Shown here in pieces: positions 1 through 9,564 of a stretch of DNA of 64,000 nucleotides (the first letter of the stretch is position 1; every line of letters begins with the position of its first letter). The notes under the pieces were generated by a model. That model had not been told where the DNA came from and searched no databases. It was given only the letters and a program-made list of their open reading frames with translations. This DNA is from Bacteroidota bacterium (GTDB taxonomy: Bacteria > Bacteroidota > Bacteroidia > JABEUT01): NCBI GenBank assembly GCA_013288345.1, contig JABDCA010000002.1, positions 49,686 to 113,685 of the forward strand. The letters are read 5' to 3'. Made by a program: the position numbers and the translations under genes.

Positions 1-411
1 TCATTTGCTGCGCTTACGCTTGGCTTGTGTAGGCATTTTCTGGAAGAAGCAAATACAATGTTAAGGGAAAACAAAAAGACCTGGTCGCTTACAGAAGGCC
101 GCATGGAGTTTGTAAAACATTTGATAGGGGAGAAACAGAACAATTTTATAAGAGCATCAGATAGTTTTTATAAACTGGCAGATGCCTCCTGGAAAGAGAT
201 AGTTGCAAATGATAAACTAAGTACTAAGACCCAAACCGCAATAAGTAATCTGAGTAAAAAGACATCGCGCATTGTGTTGGATTGCGTAGATTCTATAATG
301 CCTTATATGGGCATGAATGCCATGATGGAGAGCGACACCATCAATAGGGTATGGAGAGACACCCACACGGCCTGCCAGCATATATTACTGGTTCCTTTTT
401 CAAAGGTTTGA
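1..411 (+). CDS. C-terminal fragment of an acyl-CoA dehydrogenase-family (type 2, SfnB/DszC-like) protein. The gene starts upstream of the window.
   Basis: Frame 1 is open from nt 1 with no upstream stop. The C-terminal region has an RVWRD.HTA.QH-type motif typical of acyl-CoA dehydrogenase C-terminal domains. Confidence 0.4.
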   Translation, partial: SFAALTLGLCRHFLEEANTMLRENKKTWSLTEGRMEFVKHLIGEKQNNFIRASDSFYKLADASWKEIVANDKLSTKTQTAISNLSKKTSRIVLDCVDSIMPYMGMNAMMESDTINRVWRDTHTACQHILLVPFSKV

Positions 412-436
412 GTACCTTTGCCGGATATTTAAAAAT

Positions 437-1849
437 ATGAATTCACTAAGATTTAAGATTGCTTTTTTATTCGCGCTGTTTGCTATAACTGCATTTGCCC
501 AAAAAGACGAAAAGCAATTATCGCTCGATTTTGCAGGCTATCTTAAAAATGCCCAATACCACGAAGCTTACGGTATGTTCGATTCTATAATGGCTAAAAA
601 ATTAGCGGAAGATGCTTTTAAAACTGCAATGGATGGTGCTTTCAAGCAGCTTGGCACTATAAGCGATTATTCATTTGTAGATGAAGAGCGTGGTAAGACA
701 ATGAATAAGACCTATACCTTATGTCACCTTAAAAATGCAACACTCGATATCGAACTTGTTTTTAATGCTTCACTTCGTATCATAGGTTTCCACTTTGTTG
801 ACCCATTAAAGGTTGGCGGGCCAAAATATACGCCACCACCATACGACAGTGTTGGGGCTTATACCGAAAAAGAAATTACTATTACCACAGGAGATTATAA
901 ATTGCCGGGCACATTAACACTTCCGAAGAATGTACCTAATCCACCGGTTGTAATATTAGTGCATGGATCCGGCCCGAACGATAGGGATGAAACAATTGGC
1001 CCGAACAAAACTTTTAAAGACTTAGCTATAGGCCTTGCGCGAAAAGGCATTGCAACTATCCGTTACGATAAACGAACAAAGGTTTACGGCGGACAAATGG
1101 CTAAAAATTTGCATGAGGCAACGGTGAAAGATGAGACTATTGATGATGTTATATCTGCGGTAAATATGGTAGGTAAATTAGGTCAATTAAATGTAGATTC
1201 GAATAAGTCAGAAATAAAAAAAGAAAGCGATGTTCCGAAATATGTAGTATATAAACTTTGCCTCGATTCAAACCGCATCTATGTATTGGGCCATAGCCTT
1301 GGCGCTATGCTTGCACCGCGCATTGCCCACGAAAGCAAAAAGATAAAAGGCATTATTATGATGGCGGGTGATTCGCGCTTGCTGGAAGATGTAATGATAT
1401 ACCAGAACACTTATCTGTCATCCTTAGATACTGTATCTGCTCACAAAAGCAGTAATGCAGAAAGAGTTGCAGCTATGGATAAACAACTTGAACTTGCAAA
1501 AAAACCAGACCTGAAACCCAATACCCCTGATAGCCTGTTGCCTTATAATGTTGCTGCACCCTATTGGATAGATATTAATCACTATAACCAGATAAAAATG
1601 GCGCAAGACCTTACTATGCCGATATTACTCATTCAGGGTGAACGCGATTACCAGGTTACCATGGTTGATTATAATTTATGGAAAGAAAAACTGGGCGATA
1701 AAAAGAATGTGACTTTCCATTCGTACCCTAAGCTAAACCACTTATTTATGGAAGGAGAAGGTAAGAGTGTTCCAGCAGAATATGAGAAACAGGGACACGT
1801 ACCCATGTATGTAATTAACGATATTGCTAACTGGATAAATAAAAGGTAA
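437..1849 (+). CDS. Secreted alpha/beta hydrolase (serine hydrolase)
   Basis: N-terminal signal peptide (MNSLRFKIAFLFALFAITAFAQ), HGSGPNDRDE motif, GHSLG nucleophile elbow, and downstream Asp/His (QGERD, LNHLF). Confidence 0.7.
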   Translation: MNSLRFKIAFLFALFAITAFAQKDEKQLSLDFAGYLKNAQYHEAYGMFDSIMAKKLAEDAFKTAMDGAFKQLGTISDYSFVDEERGKTMNKTYTLCHLKNATLDIELVFNASLRIIGFHFVDPLKVGGPKYTPPPYDSVGAYTEKEITITTGDYKLPGTLTLPKNVPNPPVVILVHGSGPNDRDETIGPNKTFKDLAIGLARKGIATIRYDKRTKVYGGQMAKNLHEATVKDETIDDVISAVNMVGKLGQLNVDSNKSEIKKESDVPKYVVYKLCLDSNRIYVLGHSLGAMLAPRIAHESKKIKGIIMMAGDSRLLEDVMIYQNTYLSSLDTVSAHKSSNAERVAAMDKQLELAKKPDLKPNTPDSLLPYNVAAPYWIDINHYNQIKMAQDLTMPILLIQGERDYQVTMVDYNLWKEKLGDKKNVTFHSYPKLNHLFMEGEGKSVPAEYEKQGHVPMYVINDIANWINKR

Positions 1850-1854
1850 CGTAT

Positions 1855-3129
1855 ATGATAACTGCAGCTAAAGTATACAGTGTATTATTCATCATTCTCG
1901 CAGTCTTTGTACTTATAGACCTGTATGTTTTTTCGGGTATAAGGACTTCCATCCGTTCTTTTTCCGGGAAGACTAAAAAACGTTTGTCATGGTTATTTTG
2001 GCTTCTTAATGGAGCATGCTATATACTCATATTGTATACGGCTGTTTTGCAATCACCCAAATTTGGCTTTGCAGGCGGCTGGTTCAAGTTCATGGCAGGT
2101 CTGTTATTTACTTCCTATATTCCTAAGTTGTTCTATATTTTATTTTTATTGGTGGAAGATGTATTCCGCTTGTTGAGATTCATCGGTGTGCTGCCGTATA
2201 AACTCATCAAAAAGGAACAAGCTTCATCCGTTGAGTTCTTTCAATCGCGCAGAAAATTTATTGCTAACACCGGAGCCATAGTTGCGGCAATACCTTTTAC
2301 AGGCATGGTTTACGGAATTACAAAAGGTAAATACAATTTTAAAATACATAAAGCAGAAATTTCGTTTAAGGACCTGCCAAAAGAATTTGATGGTATACAA
2401 ATTACTCAACTATCCGATATACATTCAGGTAGTTTTGATGACAAGGAGGCTGTGCAACATGCAGTTGACCTGGCCAATGAGCAGAAATCGGATATTATGT
2501 TCTTTACAGGAGATCTTGTAAATAATCAGGCAAGCGAAATGTTGCCCTGGATGGATGTGTTCAACAAACTGAAAGCGCCTATGGGTATTTATTCCTCATT
2601 AGGTAACCACGATTACGGCGATTATATGGAATGGCCATCCCCTGAAGCTAAGCATGCCAACATGGAAAAGCTTTATGCCATACACAAGCAATTGGGATTT
2701 ACATTACTACGTAATGAGAATATGAAGATTGAAAGGAATGGCGGACATATTGAATTGCTTGGTTTAGAAAATTGGGGCAGAGGCGGCTTCAGCAAATACG
2801 GCGATTTAAAAAAGACCCTTGCAGGTACCGAGCCTGATTCATTTAAAATACTAATGTCGCACGACCCTACACATTGGGAGGCAGAAGTGATGAATAACCC
2901 GGTGCATGTACACTTAACACTTGCAGGTCATACGCACGGTGCACAGTTTGGTGTTGAAATTGGTTATGTTAAAATCTCTCCTGCCAGCTTGCGTTACGAT
3001 AGATGGGCAGGCTTGTACAAAGAGAATGAAAAGTATCTATATGTAAATCGTGGCTTGGGTTATATTGGTTTCCCGGGCAGGGTGGGCATATGGCCAGAGA
3101 TAACAGTAATAACGTTAAGGAAAGCTTAG
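1855..3129 (+). CDS. Membrane-anchored metallophosphoesterase (calcineurin-like)
   Basis: Three or four N-terminal TM helices, then the GDLVN, GNHD and GHTHG metallophosphatase motifs. Confidence 0.8.
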   Translation: MITAAKVYSVLFIILAVFVLIDLYVFSGIRTSIRSFSGKTKKRLSWLFWLLNGACYILILYTAVLQSPKFGFAGGWFKFMAGLLFTSYIPKLFYILFLLVEDVFRLLRFIGVLPYKLIKKEQASSVEFFQSRRKFIANTGAIVAAIPFTGMVYGITKGKYNFKIHKAEISFKDLPKEFDGIQITQLSDIHSGSFDDKEAVQHAVDLANEQKSDIMFFTGDLVNNQASEMLPWMDVFNKLKAPMGIYSSLGNHDYGDYMEWPSPEAKHANMEKLYAIHKQLGFTLLRNENMKIERNGGHIELLGLENWGRGGFSKYGDLKKTLAGTEPDSFKILMSHDPTHWEAEVMNNPVHVHLTLAGHTHGAQFGVEIGYVKISPASLRYDRWAGLYKENEKYLYVNRGLGYIGFPGRVGIWPEITVITLRKA

Positions 3130-3141
3130 TGTTTTGTTTTA

Positions 3142-3242
3142 ACACAGAGAACACAGGGTGGACAGAGTTTCACAGAGAAATAATATTAATAAAACCAAAA
3201 TTAACTCTGTGTAACTCCTTTATTCTCTGTGTACTCTGTGTT
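3142..3242. repeat. Inverted arrays of CACAGAG heptamers (acacagag/acacaggg/gacagag/cacagag ... ctctgtg x3) around an AT-rich spacer. It looks like an 'empty' member of the CACAGAK element family.
   Basis: Read directly in the sequence. It lies in the convergent gap between the phosphoesterase and the tRNA-binding protein gene. Confidence 0.6.
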
Positions 3243-3262
3243 GAATAAACAGGCAGTAAAAT

Positions 3263-3598
3263 TTAATACATTTTCGCACCATTAGGTACAGGATGCGATA
3301 ATGAAGTCAACACCACATCGCCATTGGCATTTGGGAAGCCCGTTACCAAGCATTGCGACATAAAATTAGCAATCTGCTTTTCAGGGAAATTGATAACTGC
3401 AACTACCTGCCTTCCCGGTAATTCCTCTTTAGTATAAAGCTTTGTAATTTGCGCACTGCTCCACTTAATACCAAACTCTCCGAAGTCGATCTTAAGCTTG
3501 TAAGCAGGTTTGCGTGCTTCCGGAAAATCAAAGACTTCGAGAATAGTGCCTGCACGCAGTTCAACTTTCTCGAAGTCTTTCCATATTATTTGCTCCAT
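3263..3598 (-). CDS. tRNA-binding domain protein (CsaA/YgjH-like)
   Basis: 111 aa with the OB-fold tRNA-binding signature (FEKVELRAGTILEV...KLKIDFGE...). Confidence 0.75.
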   Translation of the reverse strand: MEQIIWKDFEKVELRAGTILEVFDFPEARKPAYKLKIDFGEFGIKWSSAQITKLYTKEELPGRQVVAVINFPEKQIANFMSQCLVTGFPNANGDVVLTSLSHPVPNGAKMY

Positions 3599-3609
3599 AA
3601 AGCGAAAAC

Positions 3610-4299
3610 CTATTTTTTAAAGCGCCAGCAAAGACCAAATTCTTTGGCAAAGCCTGTTATACTGGTGCTGTATAGTCCCGGTGTTCCTTTAGGCGCTTGC
3701 TGAGTAGCACTTTCACTAAACATGGTGAACATGGCCACAAAACCAATATGCCCAAGGAAATAACGTGCATGTATACCTGTGCGTATTATGCCACCCTTTG
3801 CAGTATAGTTGAAGGAGCCATCATTTGCCAGAAAACTGTTTTTATAAGTGTCTGGGTTTGATTGATAGCCATTGGTTCCGCTAAATGAAATCGTGGTAGA
3901 ACCCAATGAAAGAGCTGCGGAAATATCCAGATGGCGGGTTACATAAAAGTGGTATGCACCATCAATGGTAAATTCAGATGCAAGTGCCTTTATCTGGTTG
4001 TTTGAGTTCTCCAAGCCATAGAACTGACGAGGGTCGAGCATATAATAATCGCTACCTGAGCTTAGGCCAATACTAATACGATTGCTGATTCCATATTCCA
4101 GCGACAGCGGATCGCGGCAACCTACAAAGTGCCCCCAGCCAACTTCCTGTGTAGGGGAGGAAATTTGTGTGGAGTAATTCGAGAAGGTATTCCCTTCTGT
4201 TACATTAGCCTGAAAAGTGCCTCTTTGGTAAGCCAATTGCGCATTGCTTAAACCTGCAAATGCCAAAAGTAAACCTGCAATAAGTGTATATTTTTTCAT
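3610..4299 (-). CDS. Outer-membrane beta-barrel (porin-family) protein
   Basis: Signal peptide MKKYTLIAGLLLAFAGLSNAQ, alternating aromatic/Gly-rich strands, and a C-terminal aromatic residue. Confidence 0.5.
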   Translation of the reverse strand: MKKYTLIAGLLLAFAGLSNAQLAYQRGTFQANVTEGNTFSNYSTQISSPTQEVGWGHFVGCRDPLSLEYGISNRISIGLSSGSDYYMLDPRQFYGLENSNNQIKALASEFTIDGAYHFYVTRHLDISAALSLGSTTISFSGTNGYQSNPDTYKNSFLANDGSFNYTAKGGIIRTGIHARYFLGHIGFVAMFTMFSESATQQAPKGTPGLYSTSITGFAKEFGLCWRFKK

Positions 4300-4375
4300 G
4301 GTAGGTATATTAATACATTACCTCAAATGTAATTTGAATTTTTGAGATTTCCAAATGATAAAGAAGCAGCTTTTT

Positions 4376-6148
4376 TTAAGCCATTTCTTTAGCCGGCTTG
4401 TTCCTCCATTCGCCAATTTGTTGGCGCCACATAGCGTAATATAATCCCTTTAATGCTAATAACTCCTCATGCTTGCCCGATTCAATAACATGGCCTTTTT
4501 CAAGTACAAATATTTTATCGGCATGCATAATTGTAGATAGCCTATGAGCTATTAATATGGTTATAAGGCTGCTGTTTTGCGATACATCGCGAATGGTTTT
4601 ACTTATCTCTTCTTCGGTAAGTGAATCGAGGGCAGAGGTTGCCTCATCAAACACCAGTAACGATGGTTTACGCAGCAATGCACGGGCAATGGATAACCTT
4701 TGCTTTTCTCCGCCCGATACTTTTACACCGCCTTCGCCAATTACTGTGTCTAACCCTTTATCAGCTCTGGCTAATAAATTTTCGCAGGCTGCTTTATGCA
4801 ATACATCCAGGCATTCTTGGTCAGTGGCATTGGGTGCGACAAACAATAAATTCTCTTTTATACTGCCTGAGAATAATTGGGAATCCTGTGTTACCAAGCC
4901 TATCTGCTCACGTAATTTGTCAAGGTCAATATCCTTGCCCGAAATACCATTATACAAAACGGTTCCGCTTGGTGGAGTATAAAGCCCTACTAATAACTTC
5001 ACCAGAGTTGTTTTACCCGAACCGGATGGACCCGCAAAGGCAATGGTCTGGCCACGCCCAGCTTTAAACGATATATTTTCCAGCGCATGTGTCTTTGCTG
5101 TTTGATGCTTGAATGATACATCATTAAACTCCAGTGTTTCTATAACGTTAACATTTACCGGATTAGCCGGTTTAGGCTCTTTAGGTGTGTTAAGTATTTT
5201 AGAAAAGTTACCCAGCGATACCTGAGTTTCTCTAAAGGTATTGATAATGTTACCTAATTCTTGCAGTGGCCCGAAAATAAAGAAGGAATAAAACTGCAGA
5301 GCAAACATCTGTCCTAATGTGAGCCTGTTTCTGAAAATGAGAAAACAGAACATAAACAAAAGGCAACTACGTAAAAAGTTGATAGTTGTTCCCTGTATAA
5401 AGCTGATGAATCGGATAAAACGCAGTTTCCTCAATTCTAGGCCCAAAATTTTTGTGGTTGTTGCATTTAATCTGTTCACTTCCTGATCGGTAAGGCCAAG
5501 GCTTTTTACCAATTCAATGTTGCGGAGCGATTCGGTTGTAGAACCTGCCAGGGCAGTTGTTTCCGATACAATCTTTTTCTGTACGGTCTTTATTCTTTTG
5601 CTCAGGTATGAGCTTACAAAGCCTAAAATAGGTACCAACGAAAAGTACACAGGTGCAATGAGCCAGTATATCTTCATGGCATATACAAATACAAACACAA
5701 TGCCAACTACTGTGGTGAATAATACACTTATGGCGGAGAGAACGATCTTTTCTACATCTGAGCGCACTTTTTGCAAAATACCCAATGTTTCTCCGCTGCG
5801 TTGGTCCTCAAATACTGAATATGGTAATTCCAACGAATGCCTTAATCCATCGGTATAGATCTGTACCCCAACTTTTTGGGTTACTACATTGGTAAAATAA
5901 TCCTGAAAGTTTTTTGCAATACGCGATACCATAGCCACACCCATCGACATACCTATAAGTATCATCACACCTCTAATATATTCAGATGTGGCAAAGTTGA
6001 CAGTGCCTATTTTCGATAAATACCTGTCCACAATACGTTGGAATATCATCGGGTCGAACAGGGAGAACACCTGGTTAATGGTTGCAAGGCCAAGGGCCAG
6101 CAATAGCATCCATTTATAGTTTTTTAAGTATGCGTAAAGTAATTTCAA
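4376..6148 (-). CDS. ABC transporter fused permease/ATPase (MsbA-like exporter)
   Basis: Six TM helices in the N-terminal half; Walker A GPSGSGKTT, ABC signature LSGGEKQRLSIARALL, Walker B LVFDEATSALD. Confidence 0.9.
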   Translation of the reverse strand: MKLLYAYLKNYKWMLLLALGLATINQVFSLFDPMIFQRIVDRYLSKIGTVNFATSEYIRGVMILIGMSMGVAMVSRIAKNFQDYFTNVVTQKVGVQIYTDGLRHSLELPYSVFEDQRSGETLGILQKVRSDVEKIVLSAISVLFTTVVGIVFVFVYAMKIYWLIAPVYFSLVPILGFVSSYLSKRIKTVQKKIVSETTALAGSTTESLRNIELVKSLGLTDQEVNRLNATTTKILGLELRKLRFIRFISFIQGTTINFLRSCLLFMFCFLIFRNRLTLGQMFALQFYSFFIFGPLQELGNIINTFRETQVSLGNFSKILNTPKEPKPANPVNVNVIETLEFNDVSFKHQTAKTHALENISFKAGRGQTIAFAGPSGSGKTTLVKLLVGLYTPPSGTVLYNGISGKDIDLDKLREQIGLVTQDSQLFSGSIKENLLFVAPNATDQECLDVLHKAACENLLARADKGLDTVIGEGGVKVSGGEKQRLSIARALLRKPSLLVFDEATSALDSLTEEEISKTIRDVSQNSSLITILIAHRLSTIMHADKIFVLEKGHVIESGKHEELLALKGLYYAMWRQQIGEWRNKPAKEMA

Positions 6149-6352
6149 TGGGTTGTCGTCTAATTGGTTATGACTAATAGAGACGGAAAGATAGTGAGTT
6201 TACTTTAAATAGGAATTAACAGTAGATAAGGCAAGCCCTTATAGCCTATAAAACAAGGAGATTCAAATAGTTTTTAAAGCAATAGAATATGTAAATAATC
6301 GTTTTGTTTTCTTTAATTCCTGTACCTAAATAAGAGTACCTTTGGACCGTTT

Positions 6353-8680
6353 ATGTCGATAAAAAATACCTGGTTATTAGCCGTTTTATTACTGAGCAAT
6401 ATAATTGTTGCTCAAGCCCAGCAAAAATTTACCATTAGCGGTACCATAAAAGATTCTGCCTCAGGCGAAGAACTTATTGGGGTACTTGTATCTGTTAGGG
6501 AGTTAGAGGCAACGGGGGTGAGTACCAATGAGTATGGTTTTTATTCAATAACTCTGAACGAAGGTTCATATACGCTTCTGTATAGTTATCTGGGATATAA
6601 GATCGATTCGGTTAAAATATCGCTGCATCAGAATGTAAAGCAGAATATACGGTTGGCCAATGCCGGTGAATCATTACAGGAAGTGCATGTGCAAGGAGCG
6701 AAAGCAAATGAGAATGTTACAAGCACCCAGACCGGAACCATATCGCTGGATGTAAAAGCTATAAGCAAGATACCTGTGTTCTTTGGCGAGAAAGATGTAT
6801 TAAAGACCATGCAATTATTGCCTGGAGTTATATCGGCAGGAGATGGTAACAGTGGCTTTTATGTACGTGGTGGTGCATCGGACCAGAACCTGATATTGCT
6901 CGATGATGCCCCTGTATATAATGCTTCGCACTTGCTTGGTTTTTTCTCCGTCTTCAATTCCGATGCTATAAAAGATGTGACCTTATATAAGAGTGGTATG
7001 CCGGCTCAGTTTGGTGGACGCCTTGCCTCGGTAGAAGATATTAAGATGAATGACGGTAACGACCAAACCTATCATTTAAGTGGCGGTATAGGGTTCATCG
7101 CCTCGCGCTTGAATTTCGAAGGGCCAATAAAAAAAGGGAAAGGCTCGTTTTTAATTGCAGGACGAAGGACATATGCTGACCTTTTCCTGAAGCTCTCGAA
7201 CAATACTGCCTTGAAGAATAGCAGCCTTTATTTTTACGATTTTAATGCAAAAGGCAATTACACATTTGGCGATAAGGACAGGATATATATATCGGGTTAT
7301 TTTGGTAAAGATGTGCTTGGCGCCGATAAACTTTTTGGTGTTAACTGGGGTAATGCCACTGGCACCTTCAGGTGGAATCACATATACGGCCCAAAGCTTT
7401 TTTCGAACACATCTGTAATTTACAGCAACTACAATTATAATATAAGCATTACTGCTGCAAACCTTAATCTGGGTATACAGTCAGTAATAAAAGACTGGGG
7501 CTTAAAAGAGGAGTTTCAATACTTCCCGAGTTCTAAGAATAAAATACTATTTGGCTTTAATGGCACCTACCACACCATTGTACCCGGCAACTTAGTGGCA
7601 AACGATTCTATTTTTAATAATACCAATATACAAACCCGTTATGCCTTGGAAGGCTCGGTGTATGCATCAGATGAATTTAAAGTAAGTGAGCGCTTGAGGT
7701 TCATGGCTGGAATAAGGCTTACTTCGTTTAGTTTAATGGGGGCAGGTACCTTTTATAATTATGATGCCAGTGGTATAGCAAGCGATTCTGCTAAATATTC
7801 GAGCGGACAGTTTGTTAAAACATATATAAACCCTGAGCCAAGGTTCAATGCCAATTATATGCTTAACGAGGTTTCATCTATAAAAGCCTCGTACGACAGG
7901 AATGTGCAGAATCTGCACCTGTTATCTAATTCTACTTCGTCGAACCCGACAGACCTTTGGATACCCAGCAGTAACAATGTAAAACCTGAGATTGCCGATC
8001 AGTTTTCTGTCGGGTATTACCGCAACTTTGACGACAACAGGTACGAATTTTCGGTAGAGACCTATTATAAAATAATGCAAAACCAGATCGATTATAAAAA
8101 TGGCGCTCAGCTATTGTTGAACCAGAGTGTGGAGAGTCAGTTATTGTACGGTAATGGCCGTTCATATGGCGCCGAATTCTTCTTTAAAAAGAAGTTTGGA
8201 AAACTGAACGGATGGCTGGGTTATACCTATTCGAAAACCGAAATACAGATACCTGGCATTAATAATGGTAACTGGTATCCTGCAAGACAGGATATTACCA
8301 ATGATGTGGATGTAGTAGTGATATATGAGCTAAATGACAAGTGGTCCTTTTCAGCTACATGGATATATAATACCGGCTACCCTGTAACCTTCCCAAGTGG
8401 CAAGTATGAAGTTGATGGAAACGTAGTTTATTACTATACATCGCGCAATGGTTACCGTATGCCCGATTACGACAGGATGGATGTAGGGGCAACCTTTAAG
8501 TGCAAAAAACATGGCCATTTCCAGGGCGAATGGGCATTTTCGGTTTATAATGTGTATGACAGGTGGAACGCCTATTCTATTACATTCCAGCAGAACCCTA
8601 ACAATGCGCAGGAAACACAGGCAGTACTTACTTCGCTATTTGGTATAATACCATCAGTGTCTTATAATTTTAAGTTTTGA
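6353..8680 (+). CDS. TonB-dependent receptor (CarboxypepD_reg N-domain + plug + barrel)
   Basis: Signal peptide; TISGTIKDSASGEELIGVLVSV carboxypeptidase-regulatory-like domain; plug region; C-terminal barrel ending in an aromatic residue. Confidence 0.9.
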   Translation: MSIKNTWLLAVLLLSNIIVAQAQQKFTISGTIKDSASGEELIGVLVSVRELEATGVSTNEYGFYSITLNEGSYTLLYSYLGYKIDSVKISLHQNVKQNIRLANAGESLQEVHVQGAKANENVTSTQTGTISLDVKAISKIPVFFGEKDVLKTMQLLPGVISAGDGNSGFYVRGGASDQNLILLDDAPVYNASHLLGFFSVFNSDAIKDVTLYKSGMPAQFGGRLASVEDIKMNDGNDQTYHLSGGIGFIASRLNFEGPIKKGKGSFLIAGRRTYADLFLKLSNNTALKNSSLYFYDFNAKGNYTFGDKDRIYISGYFGKDVLGADKLFGVNWGNATGTFRWNHIYGPKLFSNTSVIYSNYNYNISITAANLNLGIQSVIKDWGLKEEFQYFPSSKNKILFGFNGTYHTIVPGNLVANDSIFNNTNIQTRYALEGSVYASDEFKVSERLRFMAGIRLTSFSLMGAGTFYNYDASGIASDSAKYSSGQFVKTYINPEPRFNANYMLNEVSSIKASYDRNVQNLHLLSNSTSSNPTDLWIPSSNNVKPEIADQFSVGYYRNFDDNRYEFSVETYYKIMQNQIDYKNGAQLLLNQSVESQLLYGNGRSYGAEFFFKKKFGKLNGWLGYTYSKTEIQIPGINNGNWYPARQDITNDVDVVVIYELNDKWSFSATWIYNTGYPVTFPSGKYEVDGNVVYYYTSRNGYRMPDYDRMDVGATFKCKKHGHFQGEWAFSVYNVYDRWNAYSITFQQNPNNAQETQAVLTSLFGIIPSVSYNFKF

Positions 8681-9477
8681 AAATGAAGATTAAATATATA
8701 ATGCTTGTGGCCATTAGTTATTGGCTGTTAGCTGCTTCGTGTCAAAAGGTAATTAACATCGATTTGAATTCGGCTTCTCCTGTCATTGTAATAGTAGGCA
8801 ACATAAGCGATCAACCGGGGCCTTATGTCGTTACTTTAAATCAAACGGTGAACTTCAGTCTGCCCAATACGTTTCCGCCAGTCGATGGCGCCTTTGTTAC
8901 CATATCTGATAATACGGGTATAGTAGATACCTTATTTGAGACTGCAACACCGGGCACATATCATACCAAAAAAATTATGGGTATACCGGGCCGCACCTAT
9001 ACACTTACCGTTATTTCTAATGGCCAAACATATACGTCTGCAAGTACAATGCCCCAGTTGGTTACGTTCGATACACTGGTGGTGCAGCAGCATATTGGCG
9101 GATTCAGAGGAGGTAATGATACCAGTTATACACCCAATGTTGTATTTCAGGATCCTGCTGCTGTTGCCAATTATTACCGCTTTATTGAAACCGTAAATGA
9201 TACCTTGCAAACTAATATTGATTGTATAGATGACCAGTATTTTAACGGAAAATATATTGCATACCCTATACGCCATAGGTTAAATGTGGGCGATAGTGTT
9301 AAGATTGAAATGCAGTGTATTGATAAAGGCGCGTATACATACCTTACTACAGTGGGCGAGGCTTCCGGCTCGACCAATGTAACACCTGCCAATCCGGTTT
9401 CAAATATCTCGAATAATGCGTTGGGTTATTTCAGTGCCCACACCTCTCAGTATAGAGCCACTCAGATTAAAAGATAA
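8677..9477 (+). CDS. DUF4249-family lipoprotein (usual partner of this class of TonB receptor)
   Basis: ATGA overlap with the upstream receptor, a lipoprotein signal (AASCQK), and the typical size and placement. Confidence 0.6.
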   Translation: MKMKIKYIMLVAISYWLLAASCQKVINIDLNSASPVIVIVGNISDQPGPYVVTLNQTVNFSLPNTFPPVDGAFVTISDNTGIVDTLFETATPGTYHTKKIMGIPGRTYTLTVISNGQTYTSASTMPQLVTFDTLVVQQHIGGFRGGNDTSYTPNVVFQDPAAVANYYRFIETVNDTLQTNIDCIDDQYFNGKYIAYPIRHRLNVGDSVKIEMQCIDKGAYTYLTTVGEASGSTNVTPANPVSNISNNALGYFSAHTSQYRATQIKR

Positions 9478-9564
9478 AATAAGCTATTTTTGATGCAGCA
9501 ACCTGCCTGAATTTCTCCATATATTCAGTAAATTGTGATTTTAATTTTTTGGGAGAAGTCTTTT

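Noticed and set aside
4557-5067. Two overlapping plus-strand ORFs (141 and 148 aa)
   Set aside because: Both are antisense to the ABC transporter gene, which has unambiguous Walker/signature motifs.
6337-6344. TACCTTTG -7-like box before the first TonB receptor
   Set aside because: Only 8 nt separate it from the ATG. It may be coincidental, so I did not list it as a promoter.
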